Assembly (NCBI GenBank): GCA_951406725.2
Contig: OX597814.1
Location: 104,532,001 to 104,596,000, forward strand
Reading direction: 5' to 3'
Length of the DNA: 64,000 nucleotides
From: Octopus vulgaris
Taxonomy: Eukaryota
Shown: positions 11,858 to 26,652 of the stretch, piece by piece
Position numbering within the stretch: the first letter of the stretch is position 1
Layout of the letters: the number at the start of each line of letters is the position of its first letter
Notes under the pieces: model-generated
Databases searched by the model: none
What the model was told of the DNA's origin: nothing
Seen by the model: only the letters and a program-made list of their open reading frames with translations
Made by a program: the position numbers and the translations under genes

Positions 11858-13494
11858 GCCTGTCTGTCTGTCGGCCTGTACCCATCTGTCCATCTCTTCC
11901 TCGCCTTCACTATAACCTCTGTGTTTCTCTTCATCTCACTATCACAAAACCTTTTTGCATACAAGCACAAAGAAGCCTACACACACACACACACACTTGA
12001 ACACGCACTCTTGGTACATACTAAGTCTCTCTGTCTGTCTTACCCCGTCTCGCTCTCTCTGTCTCTGTCTCTCTCTGTCTCTCGGTCTCTTTCCCTCTCA
12101 CTCAACTCACCAACACTTACCGAATTAAAGAAAGCATTTTGATTGTGTTTAAAAACTTTGAAGCAAGAAAACAAAATGCAGGGAATTGTTTTGTAAGGTA
12201 TCAGATAGGAGTTTTAACCCGGAAAAGCAGATTTTACACACCAAAACCGAAGAAATAAAAAAAACGCTTTTCTTTTCAACTCTTTTCTTACGTTACACTG
12301 TTGTAAATGATGAGTGTGGAGTCGAGTCTAGATATTAATTAAACTCATCACTCCAACTGGAACCAGTTCCTAGAAATCATTTACTTATGATCACAGGCCA
12401 TTGATGAGTTTCTATAAACTTTGTTAATCTCAGTCAGATCTATGGATTTTAAGACTCTCATCAAAAGCAGTAATTTTTAATTTTTAATTTATCTTTCAAA
12501 CAAACACCATTTTATAGTTTTACTTCAACTTAAACAAAACAAAAACTACCATTCGATATTGGTACTGTCTCGTCTCGTAACTAATCAGTAAAAGAAATAA
12601 AGCTAGTCGGTTACTTCTAAATTATTTGACTCCACGGGAGCAGATCTAGGACCAAAGACTTTGGGGTTATTCAGGAATTCTATTATTTCTGCCGTTCTGT
12701 CATCGATTCATTCTGAGTGCAAATCTTGATCAGAGTTACTTTACCGGCGATGAAACAGGTTCTAATGGAGTTAATGGAACGACAATGCCATGCTCCAGCA
12801 TGGCCACTGGGTGAAACTAGGAGTGAAAAAAAAGAAACAAATACAATACCAATTCCAAAATAAAAGCGAGCGGGAGAAAAAATATTGTTGTTTAAATATG
12901 AAATCATTAAAAGATTAAATTGTGTTAGTGAAGAGAGAAATAGAAGTAATCTGAAATAAATGAGCGCCTTGTCAGCATTTTCAACAGAGCCATCTGTACA
13001 GATAAAAATATATGTTTATAGCCCTTGCATTTTTAATAAATCGACATATAAAGTCCCTCACACATATCAAGTCCTTCCTCGTCTTCCTCCCCATGCTCTC
13101 GTGTAAATATTGATATCGTCACATGGTAAACAACTATCACGTGCTCCTGTTTGATGTTCGAGACAAGGGGGCGTCAAAGTGCTAGGTTCGTTCCTTCTCA
13201 CAACCACTTACATACATCACACACAAACATATGCGTCTATATACACAATATACGCTCAAGTCATGCACGTGCATACATACCTGCATACATACATACGTAC
13301 ATACATACATACATACATACATACATACATACATGCATACATACATGCATACATACATGCATACATGCATACATACATATAAATTCACTTGGACACACTC
13401 ACGTGACATATACGAACATGTGTGCACATTTTTACATATATACATACAGAAATACATACAAATATACAAACACACGTATATACAAATTACATAC

Positions 13495-13599
<105 letters not shown>

Positions 13600-13600
13600 A

Positions 13601-13642
<42 letters not shown>

Positions 13643-13685
13643 CCTGTCTGTCTGTCTGTCTGTCTATCTACTGTGTGTGTATATG

Positions 13686-13727
<42 letters not shown>

Positions 13728-14769
13728 AAGGTGAAAGAGTGATTTAGCCTGTTTAAATGCTTGTGTGTATGTATGTATGCATGCATGTATGTATGTATGT
13801 ATGTATATTTATATATATATATTATATGAATACACACACGCATGCACACACACACAAACATATGGACAAACATATACAAACATACGTCTACAAACATACA
13901 CAAATGCACTTAAACGCGTGTTCATGATGCAGGCTAAGTCACTCTCTCTCTCTCGCCTTCTCACTTTCTCAAACACGCATTCACATACATACAAACATAT
14001 AAAAAAGCACACTCTCATACACATACATACATACACACACATACACATGCATACACCTATACACTTACGATCATAAACGCACACACTCACATACACACGC
14101 GCACGCACACACATGTTCACACCTACACACAAATACATGCATACAAAGATGCACACACCTACACACATACATACATACCTACACACTTACACACACACAC
14201 ACACACAAACACTCACATACACACATATTCACAACCCCGCAGTTATAATCTGATGGAAATTCCTTCAGTGAAGGGCAAAATCTCTTTTGAAGAAGTCATT
14301 TGTAATGTTTGTTGATCTTTCTACCATAAACCGAAGTTGTTGTTGGGATTGTTGTTGTTCAGCCCTAGGTCAGCCCTGATCAAGTAGATGCATGATAAAA
14401 GACATTCCAACTATGACCATACCGCCTTTAACTTGTGTACAGAGAACTCAGCACCATGTTATCCAACGTTTCATTTTCTAATGCAAAAAACGATTGGTTT
14501 GAAGGTTATTTGGCTGCTATTTCTACATGGTCGGGAGACCGGGTACACCCTCACTGTCTCAAATGAATTGTGGGTAAATTCATTCATTGTTTATATGAAG
14601 TGACTTCGAAATCTACAGCCATGACAATGTTATTGAGCAAGGCAACAGTGTCACTCGTTCCTCTCCAAAAACTCGATCTTAAAAGGGCTAATTTTCTGAA
14701 GCACAACCAATAACGAATTCCTATTTATTTTTTCAGGAATCACTTTGAAATACACAAATCAATCCCAGT

Positions 14770-14990
14770 GCTTGTTTTTGTTAGAGCATAGCACTGTACT
14801 TATTCTATCAGAATCTTTTGCCGAACCGCTCAGTTACGAGGACGTAATCACACCAGTGCTGGTTGTCAAGCGGTAGTGGGGGACAAACAAACACAGATAC
14901 CAAAACACACGTGCAAAGCAACATACATATGTGTATATACAACGGGTTCCTTTCTGTTTCCGTCATCCAAATCTACTCCCAAGGCCTACG
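14770..14990 (-). mobile_element. Family B SINE fragment
   Basis: GCCGAACCGCTCAGTTACG..GGTTGTCAAGCG..TTTCCGTC matches the family B reverse complement. Confidence 0.7.
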
Positions 14991-15908
14991 CTCTTCTAGA
15001 GAAAGGAATCAGGGGAAAGCAAAGAAACAGTTGTTCATGTTGAATTGAAAATGTGCAACCGTTAATCCAGACATGCTTTTTCTCTCCCCATTTTTTATTT
15101 CCCTCTCTCCCCCTGCTTTCTCTCATTCCCTTCTGTAGAAGAGCATAAAGAAACAACTTGACCTCTTGCTATCCAAGACCCCAGTTGAACAAATATCAAG
15201 GCAGGAAACTCAAAAGAGGGTAGCGGTATCTAACTCCCTCCTTCACCAAAAGCCTATCACATAGAATTGGCCAATTAAAAGGTGTTTACACTGTCAGTGC
15301 CCCAGCATGGCCACATCCTCAGGACTGAAACATATAAAAGAATAAAAGGCTATATATCTATACAGTTGCTTGTATATGCGCGTACGTGCACGTGTGTATT
15401 TGTATTCGTATATTGTGTTGTAAGTGCGTATGTGCGTGTATCTGATTGGTATGTGTGAGTGATAGAGAAGTTGGAAATAGTCTTCTAAACATAGGTTTAC
15501 ATCTGAACTGCAACTCCTCATCGATAACAATTCATTCATACATATAAACATTATTTTGTACGTAAACATCAGTTACAAGTCGTATTGCAAAACAATCGAC
15601 CACACTCCACACATTTCTATTTGTTATGTATTGTCGTAATTGCTATGTTTGGCTCTCTTACAATTGAAGAACTCGTTGTCAAAAATAACCATCTCGGTGA
15701 TATTAAAGGAACTGGCCAACACGAAAACAGTTGCCAAATAACAACGAATTATTTATGGCTTTATTCAAGCGGAATAACCTTTGTTTGACGTTATTATTTT
15801 TTTTTATTAATAATTCCTAGATTTATGTGGAATGATTACAATTGATGTTGTACCTCGTTGTTGTTCTTGGGGTAATTTTATTTGTCAATATTTAGTAAGG
15901 CAAAAGGG

Positions 15909-16546
15909 GCGGCGAGCTGGCACAATCGTTAGCACGCCGGGCGATATACTTAGCGGTATTTCGTCTGTCTGTACGTTCTGAGTTCAAATTTCGCCGAGGT
16001 CGATTTTGCCTTTCATCCTTTCGGGGTCGATAAATTAAGTACCAGTTGTGTATAGGGGTCGATCTAATCGACTGGCCCCCTCACCCCAAATTTCGGGCCT
16101 TGCGCCTAGAGTAGAAAAGAATCGTTAGCATGCTTAGCAAAATGCCTACCGGCGGCGGCTCGTTCGTCTTTGCGCTCTGCGTTCAAATGCAGCCGGGGTC
16201 GGTTTTGACTTTCATCCTTTCGGGGTCGATAAAATAAATATCAGTCAAGCACTGGGTTCGATATAATTGACTATCACCCCACCCACAATTGCTGGCCTTG
16301 TGCCAAAATCATTATTAGGTAAGGCGAAGCCGGCGAGCTGGCAGAATCATTAACATATCGGACAAATATGCTTAGCAGTGTTTCGTCCGTCCTTACGTTC
16401 CGAGTTCAAGTTCCGCCGAGGTCCACTTCGCCTTTCATCCTTTCGGGATCAATAAATAAGTACCAACTGAATACTGGGGTCGATGTAATCGATTCATCTC
16501 CCCCCACCCCCGAGCTTGCTGGCCTGGTGCCAACGTTTGAAACCAA
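15909..16546 (+). mobile_element. Tandem array of three family A SINEs
   Basis: Copies at ~15909-16121, 16120-16310 and 16328-16546, each with the CTTTCATCCTTTCGGG domain. Two different tails. Confidence 0.85.
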
Positions 16547-16764
16547 TGACTGATATTTTTCCTTGTGTGTTTTGTTAGTTTTGATGTTGTTTTTTTTGTT
16601 GTTGTAACATAGCAAAATCCGTTATGGTCAGGAGGGAGAGGGGGGAAAAGTAGGGTAAGGAGCAAAAGCGCAATGGTGCGAGAATGTGTGAGTGCAGGGG
16701 TCTGGAAGTAGGGTACAGGTTGGGAGAATGTTGGATGGAGAGACATGCACCGAGACTTGCATCA

Positions 16765-17051
16765 ACTAACTAACTACTACTACTACAACTACTACAACTA
16801 CTACAACTACTACTGCTGCTGCTACTGCTACTACTATCACCACTGCCAATGCTAGAACTACTGCTACCACCAACGCTACAAGCGCTATCCCCACCGCCAC
16901 AATTACTACAACTACTGCTACTACTACTGCTACTACTGCTGCTGCTGCTGCTGCTGCCAATACTACTACTACTACTGTTACTACTCTGCTGCTACTGCTA
17001 CTACTACTACTACTACTACTACTGCTTGCACTACTACTACTAATACTGCTG

Positions 17052-17107
<56 letters not shown>

Positions 17108-17120
17108 GCTGCTACTACTG
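16765..17120. repeat. (CTA/CTG)n trinucleotide repeat
   Basis: Seen directly. Confidence 0.95.
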
Positions 17121-17844
17121 TGCTTGTAGTTTTCCTCTTCGTACACAGCCACAATACACCTTTTCACACCCTCTTAAGTACCCACAATGCTGGTTAAATC
17201 TCGCCTTAATGCATGGCACATGTTTAGAAGTGATATATGGGATGTGTGCGTATATTTGTTTTGGTATGTATGTGTATATGTGTAGAGTCTATAAGTATGT
17301 TCGAATATGTTTAGTCCAATGTATGTGTGTATACGTTTATGCATTGATTTATGTATATATACTTGTATACATGCATGCATACATGCATACCTACTTATCT
17401 ACCTATCTGCATACATACATTTATATACGTATGTTCGTATATATTTCTGTGTGTGTGTATATATGTATATGTGTGTGTGTGTGTGTGAGTTTGTGTGTGT
17501 ATACGCACCCTCCCACACAACTCTCAGAAGCTGGCATGTATGCACTAAGTTGCTCCATATGTATGTAATTAGCTGAAGATTCAGGGCCGCGAATCCAGTT
17601 TTTGGAGGGTGAGGAAGTGAGATGTTGCTGTCAGACAAGCCGGGTAGATTGGGTAACGGAGCTGGCAACAACAGCAGGTGATATATTGCACCCTTGGGTA
17701 AATAAGCGTAACTTCACTTAGATCTTGATACCATTCATAGGATCAGCGTTCTCTGTTTATTATTGGTTAACTGAAGAAAGAATGCAGCACTTAACCTCTG
17801 GGGACAGCCCTCTGTTTCATAGAAACTGTGAGGCCTACTAACTT

Positions 17845-18103
17845 CTATAGGCTCTCCCTTTCCATGAAGAAATAATTCCTACAGATATTCCCCCGCCTGG
17901 TGACGATATTGGACCCCAATAACTACAATAGATTCTTCCCTGTCTGGTGAGGGTAGTGTCCTCTTTTAAGTTCTATAGATCCTTTCCCACCTGATAAAGA
18001 AATTGAGCCCTAATAAAACATCTTTTAGACTCTCCCTTACTTGGTGAAGATAATGAGCCCTCATAGCATCTATTTTTGCTCATCTTCCTGGTGAAGATAC
18101 GAG
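17845..18103. repeat. Degenerate ~47-bp minisatellite, 5-6 units
   Basis: A CTGGTGA(A)GA-like anchor recurs at 17897, 17944, 17991, 18041 and 18088, each preceded by a variant of CTATAGA.TC.CCC. Confidence 0.75.
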
Positions 18104-18122
18104 ATGAACATCTTAGTTAACC

Positions 18123-18345
18123 TGTTTCTTTACTACCCACAAGGGGCTAAACATAGAGGGGACAAACAAGGACAGACAAAGGGATTAAGTCGATTACATC
18201 GACCCCCAGTGCGTAACTGGTACTTAATTTATCGACCCCGAAAGGAATTTCCCTCGGCGGAATTTGAACTCAGAACGTAACGACAGACGAAATACCGCTA
18301 AGCATTTCGCCCGGCGTGCTAACGTTTCTGCCAGCTCGCCGCCTC
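18123..18345 (-). mobile_element. Family A SINE with 19-bp TSD
   Basis: TSD ATGAACATCTTAGTTAACC at 18104-18122 and 18346-18364. Confidence 0.92.
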
Positions 18346-18389
18346 ATGAACATCTTAGTTAACCAAGCAGCATTGTTCTTGCCTTATAT

Positions 18390-18600
18390 TGGATTCAAAT
18401 TTTGGCACAAGGCCAGCAATTTCGGAGGAGGGGTTAAGTTGATTATATCAGTCCCAATACTCGACTGGTACTTTATATTATCGACCCGGAAAGAGATGGA
18501 AGGCAAAGTCGACCTCGGTGAAATTTGAACTCAGAATGTAAAGACTGACGAAATGCCACTGAGCATTTTGTCCGGCGTGCTAACGAATCTGCCAGCTCTA
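18390..18600 (-). mobile_element. Family A SINE (older copy)
   Basis: Homology to the other copies. Confidence 0.8.
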
Positions 18601-18928
18601 AAAAATTATGAAAGCACAAGAAGAAAGGTCGCCAAGTATTCTATTCGATTGGGCAACGATTCTGCCAGTTCATCACCTTGTGTGCTGGATGTTATTAATT
18701 GTTTATTAGAGAGGCAAAAGGCTTGAAACTTTGAAGGAGTTTGTTGTCGATTGTGTTGACCACTCGTACGAAACACCTAGGAGGAGGAAAAACGAAGTTG
18801 ACCTTTGCGCGCTTTGAACTCACAACGCAAAGAACTGGAGGAAATACGGCATTTCCTTTTTCCTAATGGAATCTACCGATACACCACCAACACCACCAAC
18901 AACAACTTTGGTCGATTAAGTAATAATA

Positions 18929-19144
18929 TTCTTTTCTACTCTAGGCACAAGGCCGGAAATTTTGGAGGAGGGTTCCTGTCGATAAGATCGATCCCAGTAC
19001 GCAACTGGTACTTATTTAATCGACCCCGAAAGGATGAAAGGCATAGTCGACCTCGGCGGAATTTGAACTCAGAACACAGCGGCGGACGAAATACGGCTAC
19101 GCATTTCGCCCGGCGTGCTAACGTTTCTGCCAGCTCACCGCCTT
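18929..19144 (-). mobile_element. Family A SINE with 15-bp TSD
   Basis: TSD GATTAAGTAATAATA at 18914-18928 and 19145-19159. Confidence 0.9.
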
Positions 19145-19370
19145 GATTAAGTAATAATAATGGATCAATGGAAACGCTGTTAGAAGTTTCTCCTACACAT
19201 AAAGACACACAAACACGCAGAAGCACGTGCACACACACACAGACTTATCCTTTGTCTATTTCTCTCTCTCCCCCGCCTTCCTTTTCTGTCCTTATAATTT
19301 CTTTTGTATATCTCTTTCTCTCGGTGTATGTGTCTGCGTGTTGTGTATGTGCGAGTGTGTGCGTGATGTA

Positions 19371-19430
<60 letters not shown>

Positions 19431-20065
19431 CATACATTTTACCCCCCCCCCGCCCTTGTCGTGAGGCTATTATATTACGTTATATTTTCCTTCTGTTCTT
19501 GTCCGAAAGAGAACCAAGATAAACCCTTGATTTTAGCCTCTCATCACGATTTGATTAGCTCAATATCTTCAATGTCGGTCGTATTATTAATAAGCATTCA
19601 ATAATATTCAAAAATGGTATTAGAAATGGCACTTAATTTCGAATATCTTTCGGAAAAGCACCTTTCTTTCTCTTTGTCTTCTCCTCCTCCTCCTCCTCCT
19701 TGCATTTTCTCCCTGTTGCCAAAGCAACCAATCTTACTAGACCCCGACATTAAGTATTGGAATTTAAGCGACGGTAATGAGAATCACTTGGAGGATACGA
19801 TAGATAATTTCTGAAGACTTCAATAGAGTTAAATGGGAACCAGTCTTTGTGTGGAGATCAAAAACATACACAAAAACATCCAACTTTAATATGGCCAACG
19901 ATCACATGTCTGTGCTGTAATATGTATGATGTATTATAACATATTATTAGCTGGTTGCAAGCTCGGCTTGTCTTCATCAATTAGTTTTAGGCGTTCAAGG
20001 TGTTCGTTTGAATAGTGATTGTCAACTGGAATTTGATGAGTTGTTTCAATATCATTATATACATG

Positions 20066-20238
<173 letters not shown>

Positions 20239-20484
20239 GAATGTATATTAGTTTGAATACATATATATTTGGTGTTATTTGCTTCAGTGATATTTATTTT
20301 TTACATTAATCTTAATCTTATCGTCACATATATATATATATATATTTTGTTTTTGTTGTTGTTGCTTTTGTTCTAATATATATATATCATTACATATATG
20401 TATGTATACAATATAGTAATAATATAATATCTAACGAAAAAAAAAAAAAAAAAAAAGAATATACATATACATATATATATATAC

Positions 20485-20546
<62 letters not shown>

Positions 20547-20547
<1 letters not shown>

Positions 20548-20945
20548 ATTATAGATCTGATAGGGTTGCTGGCTTTTCACAACTTAATTCTTAGTTTAAG
20601 TTTATCTAGGTCCTTCTAAGTGGTACGCTAGTTCACCTCCAGGGTGGTGTCAACGAACATGACATCTATTATGGCTATCATACCAAGTTGGCCTTCCTAT
20701 TTTTTTTTGTCCTTCTATAGTGTTCCATGACTTGTTCTATAGAGTGGCAAATCCATTCCTATCATACATATATATTATCAAATTTCTTCATATACTCTGA
20801 TCCTTTCTTTATGGCTGTAACCTGAGAACTGCATGCGGTGAATGAAATACTGTATGTGTCTCTTTATTTGTAGGTCGCACATGCGTGACACATTTCTCAT
20901 TATTCTGACGAGGTCTGCCATCAAAATATTGAATTTTTTTTTTTT
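20547..20945 (-). mobile_element. Penelope-like element ORF fragment (RT thumb/linker, probably Naiad/Chlamys-type)
   Basis: KKFNILMADLVRIMRNVSRMCD..FIHRMQFSGYSHKERIRVY, then frameshifted pieces LPLYR, VMFVDTT/PGGELA and KLKLRIK. This order matches the linker between Penelope RT and GIY-YIG. Its 3' side abuts (TA)n. Confidence 0.65.
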
Positions 20946-21415
20946 TCGATTAGATTTATTATTATTATTACTAATATTGTTGTTATACATACATACAAGC
21001 ATATGTAATGATAATAATGGGGATAAACACATGAACAAAATTAGACAACAACAACAACAAAAACAAAACAAAAACAAAATACAAATTACAGAATTATATA
21101 ACGAAGATACAAATATTAGCATCCCCCCACACACTAAATACATAGACACATGAATATAAGCATGCGCAAATGAAGACATACAATAATACAAATGGCTGAC
21201 GGTTTAGGAAGACACAAGTAAGTGAGAAACAAGGACACTGATGCGTAGTGTACGAAGAACTTTGGCAAATAGTTAAGATTAATGTAAAAATAAATATAGA
21301 AAAAATAACAAATATATAGTGTGTTTTTTATTGCTAATCAATATGACCATTCGAAATATAACAATATCTGTTTCAACACACGACTACATAAAAATCTTAC
21401 AACAAATATTTAAAC

Positions 21416-21573
<158 letters not shown>

Positions 21574-21893
21574 CTTATGTGTCTCATTGAATGTATGACT
21601 GGTGGTGGTGTGTTTAGTACTTCTCGTAAAGAATCCTAATTCTGCCAGTTTCTAGCATAGTGATGTAGTTACTGCTGCAGTTTCCAGTGTGTTGTTCCCT
21701 TTTGTGATGTGTTGTGGTTCAACATTTAATTGTCCTCGGAACATCCGATGCAGCAGACCTCCAAACAACCACAATGGGGAAATACGCGAACGGAACAAAA
21801 GATATAAAACACATATTGGGTTTAACATAATTTCTCCTGTTTTCACAAACACACACACACACACACACACACATGCACACACACACACACACG

Positions 21894-21967
<74 letters not shown>

Positions 21968-22629
21968 CACACACACACACGCACACACACACTGATACAT
22001 TCATTCAGACATGCATACACATGCATACATTCATCCATACATCCATACACATACATACATACATGTATGCATATGCACATACGCACATACATACTACGTT
22101 CATACGTGCATACATACATTAAAGCGTACTTATGCACATACACATATGTACACACAGAATATTACACAACCCAGCTCCATATACACACACACACACATTT
22201 TATCCAAAAGCCTCATATACACACACAAACTGATAACAAGGACACGCATATTCACTCACATACATACACAAGCATAAACACACATACATTCACATGCACA
22301 AAACAGTGTCACACATATACATTATGCACAAACACACACAAGCACAGAAGAACACACGCGCATGGACATTACTCGAACAAAGTATACGTGCAGACATTAG
22401 CTGCTACACACATGCGTTTGCACACACACACACACACTCACACACACACATCTGATAGTCTCACACACGCATACGTTACACAGCCTCACACATTCCAATA
22501 CATATACAACGTCCACACACATACGCACTCATAAATACGAGGAGCACACATATACACATCGCTCCACACAGCACACTCACTTGTTTACTTACACACATAC
22601 ACACGCTCACATAATCTTCATACTCACGC

Positions 22630-22780
22630 ACATGCTTGTCCGTTTACCAGGTTTACTCACAAAGCATTGGTCAACCCGGGATTATACTAGAAGTCACTTG
22701 ACCAAGGTACCGAGCTATGGGACTGAACCCGAAACCATGTCGCCGCGAAGTGAGTTTCTTAACCACACACCCGTGCCTGA
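22630..22780 (-). mobile_element. Family B SINE 5' fragment
   Basis: CACTTGACCAAGGT..GGGACTGAACCCGAAACCATGT matches the family B head and CORE-like region. Confidence 0.7.
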
Positions 22781-22803
22781 AGATTACTAAAATGTTTCTA
22801 ATA

Positions 22804-24251
22804 TGTGAAGGTGAGCTAAAAAGTTCATTGGTTGACTCGGAAGGAGTGGTGCTAGAGCTGTAAAATTCTTGCATCCCTTAATTTCAGAGCTTCTTATTAA
22901 CAACTGCATTCTTTCTTTCCAAGTAAACTGACATTGGACTGTTCAAAGAGGACTACAAAAGTTTATAGTAGCAACTTCTAAAAGCAGACACAATTTGGGT
23001 ATTTTGGTGTTATCAAGTACCTGTAGAGAAAGGGTTTAGCCCCCAACGACATTCATACTGACCTGGTTTTACTTGTACTTGTGACGGCGTTCACCCTGGG
23101 CGGGTTGGGCCGGGTTCCTCTCTGGTCCTAACGGCATCACGAACCATGGTGGCCCACGCTCGACGGTCCCGTGCGAGGTCACTGGAGATAGCGAGCCATT
23201 CGCGGTTTCATTTGGATAGACCGACCACCTGCGGACCTGTAAGTTCGGAGAGGTCCTCCTTTTAACTTTTAACTGACCTGGTTGCCATATTAGGGGATGA
23301 GGTTCTAGCTTTATGAACAGCGCAAAAGTGGGCAGCTGAAGTTAGAAAGGGAAGAGAGAATCTGGTCGATGACCCAAGGTCTGGACGTCCTGCAGCTACA
23401 ACCACCAAGTAAAACATTGATAGTGTTCACCACATAGTGATGGATGACAGATGATTGGCTGTAAATCAAATAGCCAATGTTATTAGCTGTAAGAGAGTTG
23501 AGAATATTTTGCACAATAAACATGGCATGGTTCCTGTTTGGTGGGTGCCACGTCTTCTGATACTGTTCAAAATTACATCAGGCTGATCATATCATAGAAC
23601 ATCTGACATTGTTTCAATCCAGCTGGTCTCCTTTCCAACGTTTCCGAACCCAGGATGAATGTTGGATTAATCACTTTAAGCCAAAGACAAAGAGACAATC
23701 CAAAGAAAGCTACGATCGTTTCATCTGCAACGAAGGTGATGGCCTCAGTTTTTTGGGAGGCAAAACGCGTCGTGTTTATTGTATTTCATCAAAATGGCCA
23801 CACCATCAATGGAAAATCCTCTGCCAACGTGCTGACGCGGTTACGAAAGGCTATCAATACCAAACGCCCAGGAAAACTGACGAAAGGGGTCTTGTTTTAT
23901 CAGGACAGTGCTCAAGTACACAAGACCTTGGTTTCAATGACTGCTGTGTGTGACTGTGGCTTTGAACTGGTTGATCACCTTCCCTATTCGAATTTGGCCC
24001 CATCTAACCGTAATCTTCTTCAACATGAAAAACCCCCCCAAAACACTTGATAATGACGTCATATCTGCTGTTGATGACAATTTTTGACCAGTAGGATGAA
24101 AACTTCTTTACCAATTGGATCCAAACGCTGCAACGCCGATCGAAGAAGCGTGTGGACTACAAGTGGGACTATAATGAAAAATAAAGGTCATTTGGTCACA
24201 TTCCATGAGAGTATCTTGGTCAGGCTATGAACTGTTCAGCAGACTCTCGTA
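22804..24251 (+). mobile_element. Decayed mariner (Tc1/mariner) DNA transposon
   Basis: Transposase remnants GVIKYL..GL.PNDIH.DLV, KWAAE..GRENLVDDPRSGRP, TQDECWI, SATKVMASVFW, AINTKRPGKLTKGVLFYQDSA.VH and HLPYSNLAPSN. Degenerate ~33-bp TIRs (22/33 match by eye), ending in TA. Confidence 0.88.
23069..23271 (-). mobile_element. 5'-truncated RTE LINE 3' end inserted in the mariner
   Basis: 12-bp TSD ACTGACCTGGTT (23057-23068 and 23272-23283). Encodes KEDL..GPQVVGL..REWLAISSDLARDRRAWATMVRDAV; tail CAAGTACAAGTAA. Confidence 0.85.
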
Positions 24252-24659
24252 GACACATTGTTTGGAATGATTGAGCATTAATGTGATCGGTTGGTTCCAC
24301 TCACTCATTCCCTGGTTGTCTTTTTAAACGATTCAGTTCAGGATTTTCCTGTAGCACTCAAGCTAATTAGAAGTAGAATACCTTTGTGCAATTCAGCTCC
24401 ATCCACAGGAAAGAATTCGAGATTTTCAAGTGCAAATGAGAAGAACTGATACCATGCATTAGAATATGTGCAACAACAAAAGTGCTGCATGGTTTTGCAC
24501 TTTAAGAATCGAAGGGTGGGATGTGGTGGCTGGAGGTAATGGTGGGAGGATGATAAAGGGGATTAAGGTCAAGGGATTTTAACGGTGAAGATAACACATT
24601 ATTATAGATGCTATGAAATACACTCGATATTGTTGCATATATTGCAAAGTACATATACG

Positions 24660-24990
24660 GGGTCTCAGGTTCAGTCCCACTGCATGGCATCTTCAGAAAG
24701 TGTTTTCCAATGCCGTGTGAATGAATTTGGTGAGAGAAACTGTGCATAAGCCCGTCATATGCATGAGTGTGTGCGTATGTCCGCTTGTCTTTATAAGTGT
24801 CTGTTTCTTTGTGCTTGAATTTGTCTATCATCGCTTCACAACCGATGTTAGTTTGTTTACGTCTCCCGTTCCTTAGAGGTTCGGCAAAAATAAAACTAAA
24901 GAGTATCTCATCGACTACACCTTTCAAGGCAATGCTCCAGCATGGCCATCTAACAACTGAAACATGTTAAAAAATAAAAGAATGTAAGAC
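24660..24990 (+). mobile_element. Family B SINE (diverged)
   Basis: GGTTCAGTCCCACTGC..GCCCGTC..ACAACCGATG..CCAGCATGGCC..ACTGAAAC. Confidence 0.75.
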
Positions 24991-25124
24991 TATTCCCATC
25001 TTTGAACGAGAAATATCCTGCAAAAGGTGTCTTTTAGAAAAGTAATTCATGTTAATGAAATATATGTAACTGCGGAAGAGCAGGAGCAAAAAAACCTACA
25101 ATAATTACATTTTTAATGAAAGCA

Positions 25125-25163
<39 letters not shown>

Positions 25164-25217
25164 GTGATAATGATAATGATGATGATGATGATGATGATGA
25201 TGATAATAATAATAATG

Positions 25218-25255
<38 letters not shown>

Positions 25256-25281
25256 TGTTATTATTATTATTATTATTATTA

Positions 25282-25336
<55 letters not shown>

Positions 25337-25954
25337 AGAACTCATTTCATTTTAAGAACCCACTGTCCCCTGTGGGTGATCTCATCTTGCCATATAATAT
25401 AGTGAGTTAATTTTGGAGACTTTTCTATTTTGTTTTTAAATGTATGACTTAAAATGTAGCAAAGAAAGTAATTACAGATTGAAGCAGTTGCCAAGGCAAA
25501 TATTTTCAATAACATCTGAAGAAAGATGGGAGAGAAAGCAAGCGAGAGAAGCTGGGTGAGGAAAAAAAGAATATTCTAGTCACCGAGAAATTGCCATTCA
25601 GGTTAAAAGCATTTTCTTCTCTATGTAGAAATAAATACCGGGGATGGAGAGGAGCAGCACCATATATGGAAGTCTTATTATATTCCATTAGGATAAATTT
25701 CAAATTTGTAAGTGACAAAGCTCACATGGAAGAAGATTTGTCTTACTTTGTGAAATCACACGAAAACAGATTTAAAAGAAAAATGGCTACCAATTAATCA
25801 GATATTGCGCAAAAAAGCTAATCGAGTTTTAGCAGTTTTCATAATATTTCCTTCTCAGCAAATGATCGAAGGAAAATTTGAAAGTACACCATCTTTAAAA
25901 GGTTTATTTTGCAGTGAATGCAACAGGTTTATTTAGTATAACAATTATGGGACA

Positions 25955-25986
<32 letters not shown>

Positions 25987-25989
25987 CAT

Positions 25990-26066
<77 letters not shown>

Positions 26067-26652
26067 TAAATATTCATACATACGTACGTTTGATACATAC
26101 ATACACACACACAACATACATACATACCTGTGTATGTAATAAGTATAATTGTTTTATATATTATGAATATGGTAATTGTAATCGGGTGTTAAGTGACACA
26201 CTGCTTTTTTATTTAGTTAGTGCTGATGTTTTCACGAGAAATTGAATTCCCATAAGATGACGATACGCTTGTGAAATACTGTGATTGTCAGAGACTTCTT
26301 CCAAAATCAATAATAATTTATCTATAAGTATTTATTCCTAATCGATTTACGAAACATCCTGCCCCCGTTTTGCTTGTTCTGAAAGTAGAGATGTATTTTG
26401 GTTTCTAGTGACGATATTTAATATTTCAAAGACGTGTGAAACAGAATTGTCTCTTGTTGTCAAATCATTATCTGCAAATGTGTTTAGCTATTTAGTATTT
26501 CGTTGTATAAACATGACGGTTGCTCACAGTTGAGCATTAATAATGAAACTTTATACACATCCCCGTTATTAATGTAATTTCGAGATTACAGCGTGTATTT
26601 TCTACAGAGATAACTATGTTAGAAATGACAATTTTTCTATATCTTACATCTT

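Noticed and set aside
12308-12356. Resemblance to miR-279 (minus strand ..TCCACACTCATC)
   Set aside because: The seed differs (GACUCG vs GACUAG) and there is no convincing pre-miRNA hairpin.
17845-18103. CRISPR-like array
   Set aside because: Units are contiguous degenerate repeats without unique spacers, the context is eukaryotic, and no cas genes are present.
21652-22534. 281-aa His/Thr-rich ORF and similar YI/CV/HT/LSIY ORFs across the window
   Set aside because: They are dinucleotide and tetranucleotide microsatellite artefacts.
25600-25930. Possible hAT dimerisation-domain relic (KKANRVLAVF)
   Set aside because: The similarity is too weak and frame-broken, and no TIRs were seen.
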